Source: an uncultured Erysipelotrichaceae bacterium (GTDB taxonomy: Bacteria > Bacillota_I > Bacilli_A > RFN20 > CAG-826). Taken from it: DNA of 64,000 bases. The first letter of the stretch is position 1. Each line of letters starts with the position of its first letter. The translations under genes were made by a program, and so were the position numbers. The notes under the pieces were generated by a model. The model saw only the letters and a program-made list of their open reading frames with translations, made no database searches and was not told where the DNA came from. Shown piece after piece: positions 41,170 to 50,608 of this stretch. The stretch covers positions 7,323-71,322 of the forward strand of contig CAMVEL010000007.1 of NCBI GenBank assembly GCA_947166565.1, read 5' to 3'.

Positions 41170-43374
41170 ATGAACGATGGAAAACAACCTAAAAGAAGCA
41201 TAATTGGCTTCATTCTCCCCTATATCATTACCGCCGTCGGCATTTTCCTTTTAATTTGGTTTTTCACCAGAAATCTATTTGGTGGGCCCGATATTGGTAG
41301 GCTCAATACTTTTGATGAGGATTTCCTCGGTTATAGTTTCGTCAAAGGCGAGGGCGATACCGTCAAAGAAAACTACTCCGAATATGGAATCATCAAAAAG
41401 CGTATCTACACTGCGGTTGTCCGCGAAGGCCAAAAGACCGTTTATGTTAGTGGCTCCTATTTCGATGAGAATCAGAATTCCAAAGCTTATACCGTTCAGA
41501 TTGAATCCGCTAAATTCAACGAATCCTTTGAAACGGTGGTCAAAATTGACGGCTTTTCCACGCCTGTTACTGTTACCCACCAAAGCTATGCTTCTTTGTT
41601 CCAACTTCGTACGGTTGAAGCTAAGGCCGCTTTCCCCAAGGCCGATACTTACTATGCGGTTGAAGACGCTTTCCAAGTAAGTTTCTGGGAAGCTTGGGGC
41701 CCAACGATACTTTATGTTGGTATCACATTGCTTATAGCAATATTCATTATCGTTAGAATGAACAGAATGGTTAATGGCGCCAATAGCGGAGCTATGACCT
41801 TCAATAAATCCCCCGCAAGGCGAGCGGATAACACCAAGGTTCGTTTTGATGATGTCGCTGGATGCGATGAGGAAAAGGCCGAAATGGTCGAGCTCGTTGC
41901 TTATCTAAAAGATCCAAAGAAATTCTCCCGTTATGGCGCGCGTTTGCCTAAGGGCGTTTTGATGATTGGTCCTCCAGGAACCGGTAAAACCCTTTTGGCT
42001 AAGGCGGTTGCTGGCGAAGCCGGAGTTCCTTTCTATAGCATTTCCGGTTCCGACTTTGTCGAGATGTATGTTGGCGTTGGTGCGGGGCGTGTGCGCGATT
42101 TGTTCCGTAAAGCCAAAGAAACCGCCCCTTGCTTAATATTTATTGATGAAATCGATGCCGTCGGTCGTCAACGTGGCGCTGGCTTAGGCGGAGGCAACGA
42201 CGAACGCGAGCAGACCCTTAACCAGTTGCTAGTTGAGATGGATGGTTTTGAGGCTAACTCCGGTATTCTTGTCATCGCCGCGACAAACCGTGACGATGTC
42301 CTTGATCCGGCTTTACGTCGTGCAGGTCGTTTCGACCGCACCATTACGGTCTCTTTGCCAGACAAAGATGGGCGCGAAGCCATCCTTAAAGTCCACGCTA
42401 GAAACAAAAAGATTGACCCATCCGTCGATTTTGCTGCTCTTGCTAAGAGAACCGTTGGTTTCTCAGGCGCCGACCTTGAATCTATTCTTAACGATGCGGC
42501 CATTTTGGCGGTCAGGGGCAACAAACTAAATATCGGCATGGCTGAAATCGATGAGGCCATTGATCGCAGGATTTCCGGCCCAGCCAAGAATTCTCGTTCT
42601 ATGTCTGAACACGAGAGAAAACAAATCGCCTACCATGAGGCAGGTCACGCCGTTATCGGAATCCATGTTCCTTATAGCGATAAAGTTCAGAAGATCACCA
42701 TTGTCCCGCGCGGCAACACAGGTGGGCATGTCTTGATGACCCCCGAGAACGATCGCTTCCTCATGACCAAGAATGAGTTGATAGCCCGTATCACCGGTTA
42801 TTTAGGTGGACGCACCTCCGAAGAGATTTTCTTTAAGGACGTCTCTACAGGGGCGAGCAACGACATTGAAGTCGCTACCAGGATTGCACGCGCGATGGTT
42901 ACCGAATACGGTATGTCCGACTTAGGCCCAATCCAGTATGAAAGAGATACTGGTTCGGTCTTCTTAGGAAGAGACTATGCTTCGACTCAGAAGAACTTCT
43001 CCACTCAGGTCGCTTTCGAAATCGATAAAGCTGTTCGCGAAATTGTTGATTCCTGCCACGAGAAGGCTTTCGAAATCTTAACCCAATATAAACACGAAGT
43101 TGAGATGATCGCCGAGACCCTTCTCGATAAGGAAACCATCACGGCAGAAGAGGTTGATTACCTTGTTAAGAACGGTCATTTGCCTCCGGTTGAAAAACCT
43201 GTTGTTGAACCAGAAAAACCTGCAGAAACTGAATTAAAACCAGAAAACGCAGAGATTTCTGAGGAAAAACCTGTTCAAAAAGAAGAGGGTGAAACCGAAA
43301 AGGCTGCCGATGAAGTTCCCGCGGAAAAAGCAGTCGATAATCCTCCTTCCGAAGAGGGCGAAAAACCAGAATAA
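41170..43374 (+). CDS. ftsH: ATP-dependent zinc metalloprotease FtsH
   Basis: 734 aa with Walker A GPPGTGKT, Walker [10 protein letters not shown], the SRH and the HEAGHA zinc site. The loop between TM1 and TM2 is enlarged to about 150 aa, and there is a Glu/Pro/Lys-rich C-terminal tail. Confidence 0.96.
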   Translation: MNDGKQPKRSIIGFILPYIITAVGIFLLIWFFTRNLFGGPDIGRLNTFDEDFLGYSFVKGEGDTVKENYSEYGIIKKRIYTAVVREGQKTVYVSGSYFDENQNSKAYTVQIESAKFNESFETVVKIDGFSTPVTVTHQSYASLFQLRTVEAKAAFPKADTYYAVEDAFQVSFWEAWGPTILYVGITLLIAIFIIVRMNRMVNGANSGAMTFNKSPARRADNTKVRFDDVAGCDEEKAEMVELVAYLKDPKKFSRYGARLPKGVLMIGPPGTGKTLLAKAVAGEAGVPFYSISGSDFVEMYVGVGAGRVRDLFRKAKETAPCLIFIDEIDAVGRQRGAGLGGGNDEREQTLNQLLVEMDGFEANSGILVIAATNRDDVLDPALRRAGRFDRTITVSLPDKDGREAILKVHARNKKIDPSVDFAALAKRTVGFSGADLESILNDAAILAVRGNKLNIGMAEIDEAIDRRISGPAKNSRSMSEHERKQIAYHEAGHAVIGIHVPYSDKVQKITIVPRGNTGGHVLMTPENDRFLMTKNELIARITGYLGGRTSEEIFFKDVSTGASNDIEVATRIARAMVTEYGMSDLGPIQYERDTGSVFLGRDYASTQKNFSTQVAFEIDKAVREIVDSCHEKAFEILTQYKHEVEMIAETLLDKETITAEEVDYLVKNGHLPPVEKPVVEPEKPAETELKPENAEISEEKPVQKEEGETEKAADEVPAEKAVDNPPSEEGEKPE

Positions 43375-43381
43375 ACAGCTT

Positions 43382-43404
43382 GGCCAACGGGTAATCTGTT
43401 GGCC
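43382..43404 (+). terminator. Hairpin after ftsH (weak T tract)
   Basis: GGCCAAC-gggtaatct-GTTGGCC followed by ttattta. Confidence 0.45.
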
Positions 43405-43419
43405 TTATTTATATAGAGC

Positions 43420-44391
43420 ATGAAGATTGGAACGATTGAATTGGATGGCCCTGTTGTAATAGGGCCGATGGCGGGTGTTACCACCCTAGCATATCGCGAA
43501 TTTATGAAAGGTTTTGGCGCGGGCTTGACCGTGTCAGAAATGATTTCCGATTGCGGCATCGATTATAAAAACGCTAGGACTTTTGAGTATTTGAAAACAA
43601 GCGAAAAGGAAAGACCTGTCGCCTTGCAACTTTTTGGTTCTTCAATTGAATCGTCCACCAAAGCCGTAAAGATAATTGAAGAAAATGCAGAATACGACAT
43701 TCTTGATTTAAACTTCGGATGTCCAGTTCCTAAAGTAACAAAGACCGGCGCCGGAAGCGCTTGGCTATTAAATCCAAAAGCGCTTGGGGAATACGCTGAA
43801 GCAATTGTAAAAACGTCCACAAAGCCAGTTACGGCAAAGATTCGGCTTGGATGGGACGACGATTCAATAAATGTTTTTGAAGTTAGTCATATTTTAGAAA
43901 AAGCAGGGATAGCCGCGATTGCCGTCCATTGCAGGACTAAGGCTCAAGGATATTCCGGAAAAGCTCGTTATGAAGCCATCAAGGGTCTTCAGGACGAATT
44001 ATCGATTCCTTTAATTGTTTCTGGTGATATTTTTGCCGCGGAAGACGCCCTAAGGGCGAAACAAATAACTAATTGCCAAGGCATAATGGTTGCAAGAGGA
44101 GGATTGGGAAACCCTTTCCTTGTGACCCAAATAAATGCCTTGTTTAGAGAAAACAAGATATTGCCAAATCCGAGTCTTTCGGATCAGGTCGCTTACGCGA
44201 AAGACCTAACAGAACGATTGATTAACCTTAAGGGCGAGTATATAGGCGTACGCGAATTAAGAGGACACCTCCCTCATTTTTTCCGTTCCCAAACCGGGGT
44301 CAAAGCCTTTAGGATAAAACTCGCGACCATTTCAACGAAGGAAGAGATCTTCGCTGTATTCAATTCGATATTGCGGAGTGTAAAAGAATGA
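43420..44391 (+). CDS. dusB: tRNA-dihydrouridine synthase
   Basis: 323 aa with a Dus TIM-barrel (LNFGCPVPKVTKTGAGSAWL, HCRTKAQGYSGKA). Confidence 0.9.
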   Translation: MKIGTIELDGPVVIGPMAGVTTLAYREFMKGFGAGLTVSEMISDCGIDYKNARTFEYLKTSEKERPVALQLFGSSIESSTKAVKIIEENAEYDILDLNFGCPVPKVTKTGAGSAWLLNPKALGEYAEAIVKTSTKPVTAKIRLGWDDDSINVFEVSHILEKAGIAAIAVHCRTKAQGYSGKARYEAIKGLQDELSIPLIVSGDIFAAEDALRAKQITNCQGIMVARGGLGNPFLVTQINALFRENKILPNPSLSDQVAYAKDLTERLINLKGEYIGVRELRGHLPHFFRSQTGVKAFRIKLATISTKEEIFAVFNSILRSVKE

Positions 44392-44864
44392 GGGCGGAAC
44401 ACGGTTTTCCTCCTCTTTTTGATAAAGAATCGACCGTTTTGATATTAGGCTCTTTTCCAAGCGTTGCTTCTAGAAAACAAGAATTTTTCTATGGGCATCC
44501 TCAAAATCGTTTTTGGAAAGTGCTAAGTCTATGTTTTAATGAGGAAACCCCAAAATCAATCAAAGAAAAGATCTCTTTTTGTAAAAGAAACCATATAGCT
44601 TTGTATGATTCGATAGAATCTTGTGAAATCATCGGTTCCAGTGACTCCTCTATTACTGATGTCAAGCCAGCTGATTTAAGCGAAATCTATGACACGTCCC
44701 CTATAAAATTAATAATATTTAATGGTAACGCAAGCGAGAAATGGTTCAAAAGATACCAAAGCGTTCCTGAAGGGATTGAAGAAATCAAAATGCCTTCTAC
44801 TTCTCCAGCAAACGCTGCTTTCAGCCTAGAAAAGCTGGTTCAAGAATGGAAAAAGGCTTTTTAA
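44388..44864 (+). CDS. Uracil-DNA-glycosylase-superfamily protein, DNA-deoxyinosine (hypoxanthine) glycosylase-like
   Basis: 158 aa. LILGSFPSVASRKQEFFYGHPQNRFWKVL matches the family-6 UDG pattern. ATGA overlap with dusB. Confidence 0.65.
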   Translation: MRAEHGFPPLFDKESTVLILGSFPSVASRKQEFFYGHPQNRFWKVLSLCFNEETPKSIKEKISFCKRNHIALYDSIESCEIIGSSDSSITDVKPADLSEIYDTSPIKLIIFNGNASEKWFKRYQSVPEGIEEIKMPSTSPANAAFSLEKLVQEWKKAF

Positions 44865-44871
44865 GTCTATT

Positions 44872-44891
44872 TTTCTTTTCTTGAAAAGAAA
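44872..44891. promoter_or_regulatory. Perfect 9-bp inverted repeat immediately upstream of marR (candidate autoregulatory operator)
   Basis: TTTCTTTTC-tt-GAAAAGAAA. Confidence 0.35.
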
Positions 44892-44899
44892 CTAAAAAG

Positions 44900-45385
44900 G
44901 TGGATAATAGTTCGGTGCCGAACAATATGAATGTCATCGATCGGGAAAAATCAATTAGAAGGAATCTGAATTCCTTGGTAAAAGTCTCTTCCAAAAGCGT
45001 GGGGGCTTACCTTTCAAGTAATCTTCCAACCGATTTAACCGAATCCGAATACATCCTCCTTGGATACATTTCCCTAAACGAAGGCAAAAGTACTTGCGAT
45101 ATAGCTTCGTCGATGGGCCTTGCCAAGGGAACTGTATCAGAAACAATCAAATCTTTGATTGAAAAAGGATTCGTTTTTACAAAACGGTCTGAAAACGATA
45201 AGCGCAGATTTTTTCTTTATCCTACCGAAAAAGCCAAGAAAAGGCATGAGGATGTTAAAACCTGCTTTAAAGAGATAGACAATTCGTTTGAAAAGGGGAT
45301 TACCACGGAAGAAAAAGAGATTTTTATCCGCGTATTAGAGAAAATAGAAAACAACATCGTTGAAGGAGGGAAAAATGGCCAGTGA
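44900..45385 (+). CDS. MarR-family transcriptional regulator
   Basis: 161 aa with a winged HTH (STCDIASSMGLAKGTVSETIKSLIEKGFVFTKRSENDKRRFFLYPT). Start is GTG 44900 or ATG 44927. Confidence 0.8.
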   Translation: MDNSSVPNNMNVIDREKSIRRNLNSLVKVSSKSVGAYLSSNLPTDLTESEYILLGYISLNEGKSTCDIASSMGLAKGTVSETIKSLIEKGFVFTKRSENDKRRFFLYPTEKAKKRHEDVKTCFKEIDNSFEKGITTEEKEIFIRVLEKIENNIVEGGKNGQ

Positions 45386-47228
45386 AGAACAACGCATCCT
45401 CGAAGAGGTCGATAAGAAAAATCGGGCCGAAATCGAGAGATTAAAGGGCGTACATGTTATCAAAACCCTTAAGCAATACGCGCGTGGATATTGGAAACAC
45501 GCGGTATTGGCTTGGGTGCTTTGCGTGGTGGAGGTCGGATGCGAAATCGCAATACCCTTCCTTGCGCAATTCATTATCAATTACATAAACATGATGGAGG
45601 GGACCGTAACATTTACGGACCCAATGTCGACGAATTTGGCTTTAACTAGCTCCATTATGGCTACTTTGGCGGTCATTAGCGCTACTTGCGGAATAGTTGC
45701 GGGGTTTGCCGCGGCCAAAGCCTCGGCGGGATTTGGCAAAAACCTTAGACAAGCAATGTTCTATAAGATACAAACCTTCTCCTTTGCTAACATTGATAAA
45801 TTCTCGACCGCCTCTTTGGTAACTCGCCTTACAACGGACGTCACCAACGTCCAATTTGCCGTTCAGATGATTTTGAGACTGGTCGTGCGCGCGCCTCTAA
45901 TGATCATATTTGCCTTCTCCATGGCCGTCTCCATTTCTTGGCAGCTTAGTTTGGTATTCGTGGCTGTTGTTCCTCTTTTGGCCTTTGTCTTGTTCTTTAT
46001 TGCCATTAAGGTTCACCCAACTTTTGTAAAAGTGTTTAACGCATACGACGATTTAAATGCTTCAGTTGAAGAAAACCTCAACGGAATACGTGTTGTTAAA
46101 AGCTTTGGCAGAGAGTCTTTTGAAACCGAAAAATTCGGGCATGTCTCCTATTTTATTTATAAGAACTTCGTCCATGCCGAGAAGATTCTCGCTTTTAATG
46201 ACCCTTCGATGCATTTAGCGGTTTACGCGTGCATGATCGTTATAGCTTTCTTCGGGGCAAGAATGATTGTTTCGACAGGAAACGCCCAAACCGGCTTTAC
46301 CGAGGGTAACTTAACTTCTTTGATTTCGTATATCATGCAAATCATGATGTCATTGATGATGATTTCCATGGGATTCGTCATGATTATCATTTCCAGAAAC
46401 TCCGCCGAACGTATTTCCGAAGTATTGATTGAAGAACCATCTTTGAAAAACAAAGAGAATCCAATTATGGAAGTCCCAAATGGTCAAGTCGACTTTGAGA
46501 GTGTCGGTTTTAGATATAACGCAAAATCGGAAAAAGAAGTCTTAGAAAACATCAATGTTCATATTCCTTCTGGGTCGGTTGTTGGCATAATCGGTGGTAC
46601 GGGGTCCTCAAAATCTTCTTTTGTTAATCTAATTGCTAGACTTTACGACGTTAGCAGAGGAGCAGTTAAGGTTGGAGGGAACGATGTTAGGGATTACGAC
46701 CTACACGCATTGCGTGATTCGGTAGCAGTTGTCTTGCAGAAAAACGTTTTGTTTAGCGGGACCGTGCGCTCAAATTTACTTTGGGGTAACAAAGATGCAA
46801 CAGACGAAGAAATAAAACATGCCGCTAAACTTGCCTGCGCAGATGAATTCATTGAAAGGATGCCAAAAGGCTACGATTCGCCTATAGAACAGGGTGGCAC
46901 TAATGTGTCTGGGGGCCAAAGGCAAAGGCTTTGTATAGCTAGAGCCCTTCTAAAGAGCCCCAAAATATTGATTTTGGATGATTCTACGTCCGCGGTTGAT
47001 ACCCATACGGATTCGTTGATCCGCGCCTCTTTCAAGACAGAGATTCCAAACGTTACCAAGTTTATTGTTTCTCAACGCGTCCTTTCCATTAAGGATGCAG
47101 ACTTAATTTTGGTCTTTGATAAAGGCCAAATCGTGGGCATGGGTAAGAACGACGATCTCATCAAAACCTGCCCAATCTATAAAGAACTGCATGAGACTCA
47201 ACTGGGAGGAGGTGATTTCGATGAATAA
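45375..47228 (+). CDS. Heterodimeric ABC exporter subunit with a degenerate ATP site
   Basis: TMD + NBD. Walker A is GGTGSSKSS and the signature is VSGGQRQRL. Walker B is followed by Asp instead of the catalytic Glu (ILILDDSTSAVD). ATG 45375 follows GGAGGG. Confidence 0.85.
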   Translation: MASEEQRILEEVDKKNRAEIERLKGVHVIKTLKQYARGYWKHAVLAWVLCVVEVGCEIAIPFLAQFIINYINMMEGTVTFTDPMSTNLALTSSIMATLAVISATCGIVAGFAAAKASAGFGKNLRQAMFYKIQTFSFANIDKFSTASLVTRLTTDVTNVQFAVQMILRLVVRAPLMIIFAFSMAVSISWQLSLVFVAVVPLLAFVLFFIAIKVHPTFVKVFNAYDDLNASVEENLNGIRVVKSFGRESFETEKFGHVSYFIYKNFVHAEKILAFNDPSMHLAVYACMIVIAFFGARMIVSTGNAQTGFTEGNLTSLISYIMQIMMSLMMISMGFVMIIISRNSAERISEVLIEEPSLKNKENPIMEVPNGQVDFESVGFRYNAKSEKEVLENINVHIPSGSVVGIIGGTGSSKSSFVNLIARLYDVSRGAVKVGGNDVRDYDLHALRDSVAVVLQKNVLFSGTVRSNLLWGNKDATDEEIKHAAKLACADEFIERMPKGYDSPIEQGGTNVSGGQRQRLCIARALLKSPKILILDDSTSAVDTHTDSLIRASFKTEIPNVTKFIVSQRVLSIKDADLILVFDKGQIVGMGKNDDLIKTCPIYKELHETQLGGGDFDE

Positions 47229-49149
47229 GAGACCAAAATTGGATTTTAAGACTACCATGTCATTGTTTTTCCGCCTTTTAGGTCGTATGTTTAGGGGCCA
47301 CCCCGTCATGTTTTTGCTTTGCATCCCGACAATTATCGTCGGGGTTGCGGTTCAATCAATCGGCGCTTTGTTCATTGGTCAAATTTTGATTAACCAGTTC
47401 ATTGAACCATCAATTGCCGCTGGCAGATCGCCAGATCAAATTGTTGGCGTAGTTAACTTGTTTGGGAACGCCATCGAAGTAAGCCTTCTAACTGCCGTTT
47501 TGGCAATGGCAAGCTTATATCTTTTGGGTGTGGTGTGCGTCTTCCTTTATCGCGTTATGGCTTGCATTGTTGGACAATCTGCCCAAATGGGTATCCGCAA
47601 CGAGCTGTTTGAGAAAATGGAAAGCCTCCCATTAAAATATTTTGATACGCGCATACACGGGGACATAATGTCCGTTTATACAAACGACGTTGATACGTTG
47701 CGCGAATTAACCTCAAGGGTCCTTCCAACCGTTGTGCAAATGCTATTTGCCATGCTTATCGCGTTAATTACGATGATTTCGACGGGTTCATGGCCTTTGC
47801 TCTTGGTGGTCTTAGGTTTCTTTGTCGTTATTCTTACGACGATTACAATCGTAACAAAACAGTCTTCAAAATATTTCATTGCCCAACAAAGAATTCTTGG
47901 TCAGACAAACGGTTATATTGAGGAAATGATATCCGGGCAGAAGGTTGTTAAGGTCTTTAATCATGAAGAAGAGAACAAGGAAGGGTTTGACAAGCTCAAT
48001 GAATCGTTGTGCAAAAACGTCACTAAATCCTCTCAGTTCTCGTCTATTCTTGGTCCAATCACCAACAACCTAAGTAATTTGATGTATGTCGTGCTTGCTT
48101 CCGTTGGAGCCGCCGGAATCTCTGCAGGAATTGATGGTTTATCCATCGGGACCATCGTTTCCTTCCTTTCTTTAGGGAGAAGCTTCATTATGCCAATTGC
48201 CCAACTTGCGAGCCAGATCAATATGATTATAGTCGCGATGGCGGGCGCACAACGTATTTTTGCCATGATCGATGAAACGCCCGAAACAGACCAAGGGTAT
48301 GTTTCTCTCGTTAATGCGAAAAAAGGTCCTGATGGTCAGCCAGTTGAAGTCGAAGAAAAAACCGGACTATGGGCGTGGAAACATCCGCACACAGATGGTT
48401 CTGGAACGACTTATACATGGCTTGCCGGGAAAATAACTATGGATCACGTAGACTTTGGATATAACAAAGAGAAAATAGTTCTTCATGACGTCTCTTTATA
48501 TGCCAAACCAGGACAAAAAGTTGCTTTTGTGGGTCCGACAGGGGCGGGCAAAACCACGATAACGAACTTATTAAACCGTTTTTACGATATAGAAGACGGA
48601 AAGATTCGTTTCGATGACATCAATATAAACAAGATCAAAAAGAAAGATCTCCGCAGGGCCATGGGGATGGTTTTGCAAGATACGAATCTTTTTACCGCGA
48701 CGGTTAGGGAAAACATTCGTTACGGAAACCCAGATGCTACTGATGAAGAAGTCGAAAACGCAGCAAAATTAGCAAACGCAGACGGATTTATCAGAATGCT
48801 CCCAGAAGGATATGATACAGTCTTAAGGTCCGCTGGAGCAGACTTGTCACAAGGTCAAAGACAATTACTATCCATTGCCCGTGCGGCTTGTGCAAATCCT
48901 CCGGTGTTGATTCTCGATGAAGCTACTTCTTCAATCGACTCAAGAACAGAGAAGATTGTCGCAAAGGGAATGGACGCCATTATGGAAGGCAGAACTGTCT
49001 TTGTCATAGCCCACCGCTTGTCCACCATTCAAAACAGCAACGTCATCATCGTTCTCGAGAACGGTCATGTCAGCGAGAAAGGCAACCATGAGCAACTGCT
49101 GGCAGCCAAAGGGAAGTATTACCAGCTTTACACGGGTGGAAAGCAGTAA
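47221..49149 (+). CDS. Heterodimeric ABC exporter subunit with a consensus ATP site
   Basis: Walker A is GPTGAGKTT, the signature is LSQGQRQLL, and Walker B with the catalytic Glu is LILDEATSSID. ATG 47221 overlaps the upstream stop by 8 nt. Confidence 0.85.
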   Translation: MNKRPKLDFKTTMSLFFRLLGRMFRGHPVMFLLCIPTIIVGVAVQSIGALFIGQILINQFIEPSIAAGRSPDQIVGVVNLFGNAIEVSLLTAVLAMASLYLLGVVCVFLYRVMACIVGQSAQMGIRNELFEKMESLPLKYFDTRIHGDIMSVYTNDVDTLRELTSRVLPTVVQMLFAMLIALITMISTGSWPLLLVVLGFFVVILTTITIVTKQSSKYFIAQQRILGQTNGYIEEMISGQKVVKVFNHEEENKEGFDKLNESLCKNVTKSSQFSSILGPITNNLSNLMYVVLASVGAAGISAGIDGLSIGTIVSFLSLGRSFIMPIAQLASQINMIIVAMAGAQRIFAMIDETPETDQGYVSLVNAKKGPDGQPVEVEEKTGLWAWKHPHTDGSGTTYTWLAGKITMDHVDFGYNKEKIVLHDVSLYAKPGQKVAFVGPTGAGKTTITNLLNRFYDIEDGKIRFDDININKIKKKDLRRAMGMVLQDTNLFTATVRENIRYGNPDATDEEVENAAKLANADGFIRMLPEGYDTVLRSAGADLSQGQRQLLSIARAACANPPVLILDEATSSIDSRTEKIVAKGMDAIMEGRTVFVIAHRLSTIQNSNVIIVLENGHVSEKGNHEQLLAAKGKYYQLYTGGKQ

Positions 49150-49247
49150 TTATTTCTAACTTTATATGAAAATATATAAGGAAGAGAAAAACTAGTATAA
49201 TAACGCATTATTTACAAAACAAAATATAAATTCCTTAAATATATTCT

Positions 49248-49276
49248 AAAAAGCGCCGAATAAAAGGCGCTTTTTT
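49248..49276 (+). terminator. Rho-independent terminator after the ABC exporter operon
   Basis: AAAAGCGCC-gaataaaa-GGCGCTTTT followed by TT. Confidence 0.75.
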
Positions 49277-49565
49277 CAACAACTTATGGCTATAGATGAT
49301 TATAGTTGTTTCTCGATGGCCCCTCGGCATGGTGATGGCTGACATAAGGGCAGAATTCGATCGTTCAGAGAAAAAACCTGTGTGGTTTTTTGAAGGCATT
49401 TTAACCAACTGTAAACCCAAAAAATGAATAATGACAATTTTTTATATTGAGCAAATAGTTAAAATGATGAATGGTTGGGCTCCTTCTCAAACTTGGCCAG
49501 AAAATAGGTCTCTTTTCTTTGTAAACTAATTCCTTTTAAGTAAACTAAAATGTATAATTAGAATT

Positions 49566-50531
49566 ATGAATATCTTAAATATAGTTAATATCGCTGAAAG
49601 CCAATTTAAAAAGACTAAATCACTATCAAGTGCCTTAAAAGGTTATTACACCTTCACCAAAGGGGTTTATTATGGGGCTTCTTTTGTTATAGCGAGGGCC
49701 ACAACTTCTTTTTCCCTTGACGAAATTCGGGCACATTATGCTGAATTGTCTGAATCTTTTGACCTTCCTGTTTGCCTTTATTTGCTTTCTAGCTCCTCTT
49801 ACGCCATTAAAGCTTTGGCAAGAGACGGTATACCCTTTTATGTTGAAGATCGCTTTGCCTACATTCCTTTTCTTTCCATGCTCGGTAAAAAGAAGAACGA
49901 AAAGAATTTGACTAATCCGAAAAAACTATCGATGGTTTGTCAACATTTTGTTTTGTATTGCATGTTCAACGATATTCGATCCGTTTCGGTCACCAAGGCG
50001 TCTGAACTTATTGGATTATCGAAAATGTCGCTTTCCAAAGCTTTTGACGAACTCGAATCCTTGCAACTTCCCGTTAGAGAGGAAGGGAGAGTAAGGCTTT
50101 TTAGATGGGATCTTCCATGGGGCAGTTTGTTAAAAATTTTGCTCCCGAAAATGACGTCCCCGGTTAAAAACGAATATCGCTTGTCGGAAAAGATCGATCT
50201 ACCGAATTCTTTCTTGTCTGGCATCTCGATGCTTGCGACCAAAACTCAACTTGGCGATAACAATTATCAGACTGTTGCTGTAGCAAAAAATAAAGAAACC
50301 ATCGATAGAATTCAAGAAATTGAGGTTGTTCCATATTTTGAAAAACCAGCGCAAATTATAACTACGATGAGCTATGTTGTTTCCTATCAAAATGAAACTA
50401 CAATTGACCCTGTTTCCGCCTGGCTTTCCCTTCCGGACAATTATTTTGAAGACGCTCGCGTTGTCTTTGAAGTGGGGAGATTGTTCTCGAGGGTCATAGA
50501 TGGCTGGGAGGCTTCGTGGCCGCTTAAATGA
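49566..50531 (+). CDS. Hypothetical protein with a central winged-HTH-like segment (orphan, AT-rich)
   Basis: 321 aa. I recognise no family. An HTH-like stretch is present (VSVTKASELIGLSKMSLSKAFDELESL). The gene is visibly more AT-rich than its neighbours. TATAAT lies 7 nt upstream of the ATG and there is no SD. Confidence 0.6.
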   Translation: MNILNIVNIAESQFKKTKSLSSALKGYYTFTKGVYYGASFVIARATTSFSLDEIRAHYAELSESFDLPVCLYLLSSSSYAIKALARDGIPFYVEDRFAYIPFLSMLGKKKNEKNLTNPKKLSMVCQHFVLYCMFNDIRSVSVTKASELIGLSKMSLSKAFDELESLQLPVREEGRVRLFRWDLPWGSLLKILLPKMTSPVKNEYRLSEKIDLPNSFLSGISMLATKTQLGDNNYQTVAVAKNKETIDRIQEIEVVPYFEKPAQIITTMSYVVSYQNETTIDPVSAWLSLPDNYFEDARVVFEVGRLFSRVIDGWEASWPLK

Positions 50532-50608
50532 CTATATTTGCATTTACCGCGTTTAAAAAACGCGCGAAATGCTGTATCCTTCTTTAGCCCTATTTAAGGA
50601 GTTTGCCG

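Noticed and set aside
49280-49400. Possible riboswitch (faint resemblance of GGCATGGTGATGGCTGACATAA to the fluoride/crcB core) followed by a terminator-like hairpin
   Set aside because: The conserved 3' element of the crcB motif is missing, there is no appropriate downstream gene, and the resemblance covers only a few nucleotides. The 61-aa minus-strand ORF 49235-49420 also lacks support.
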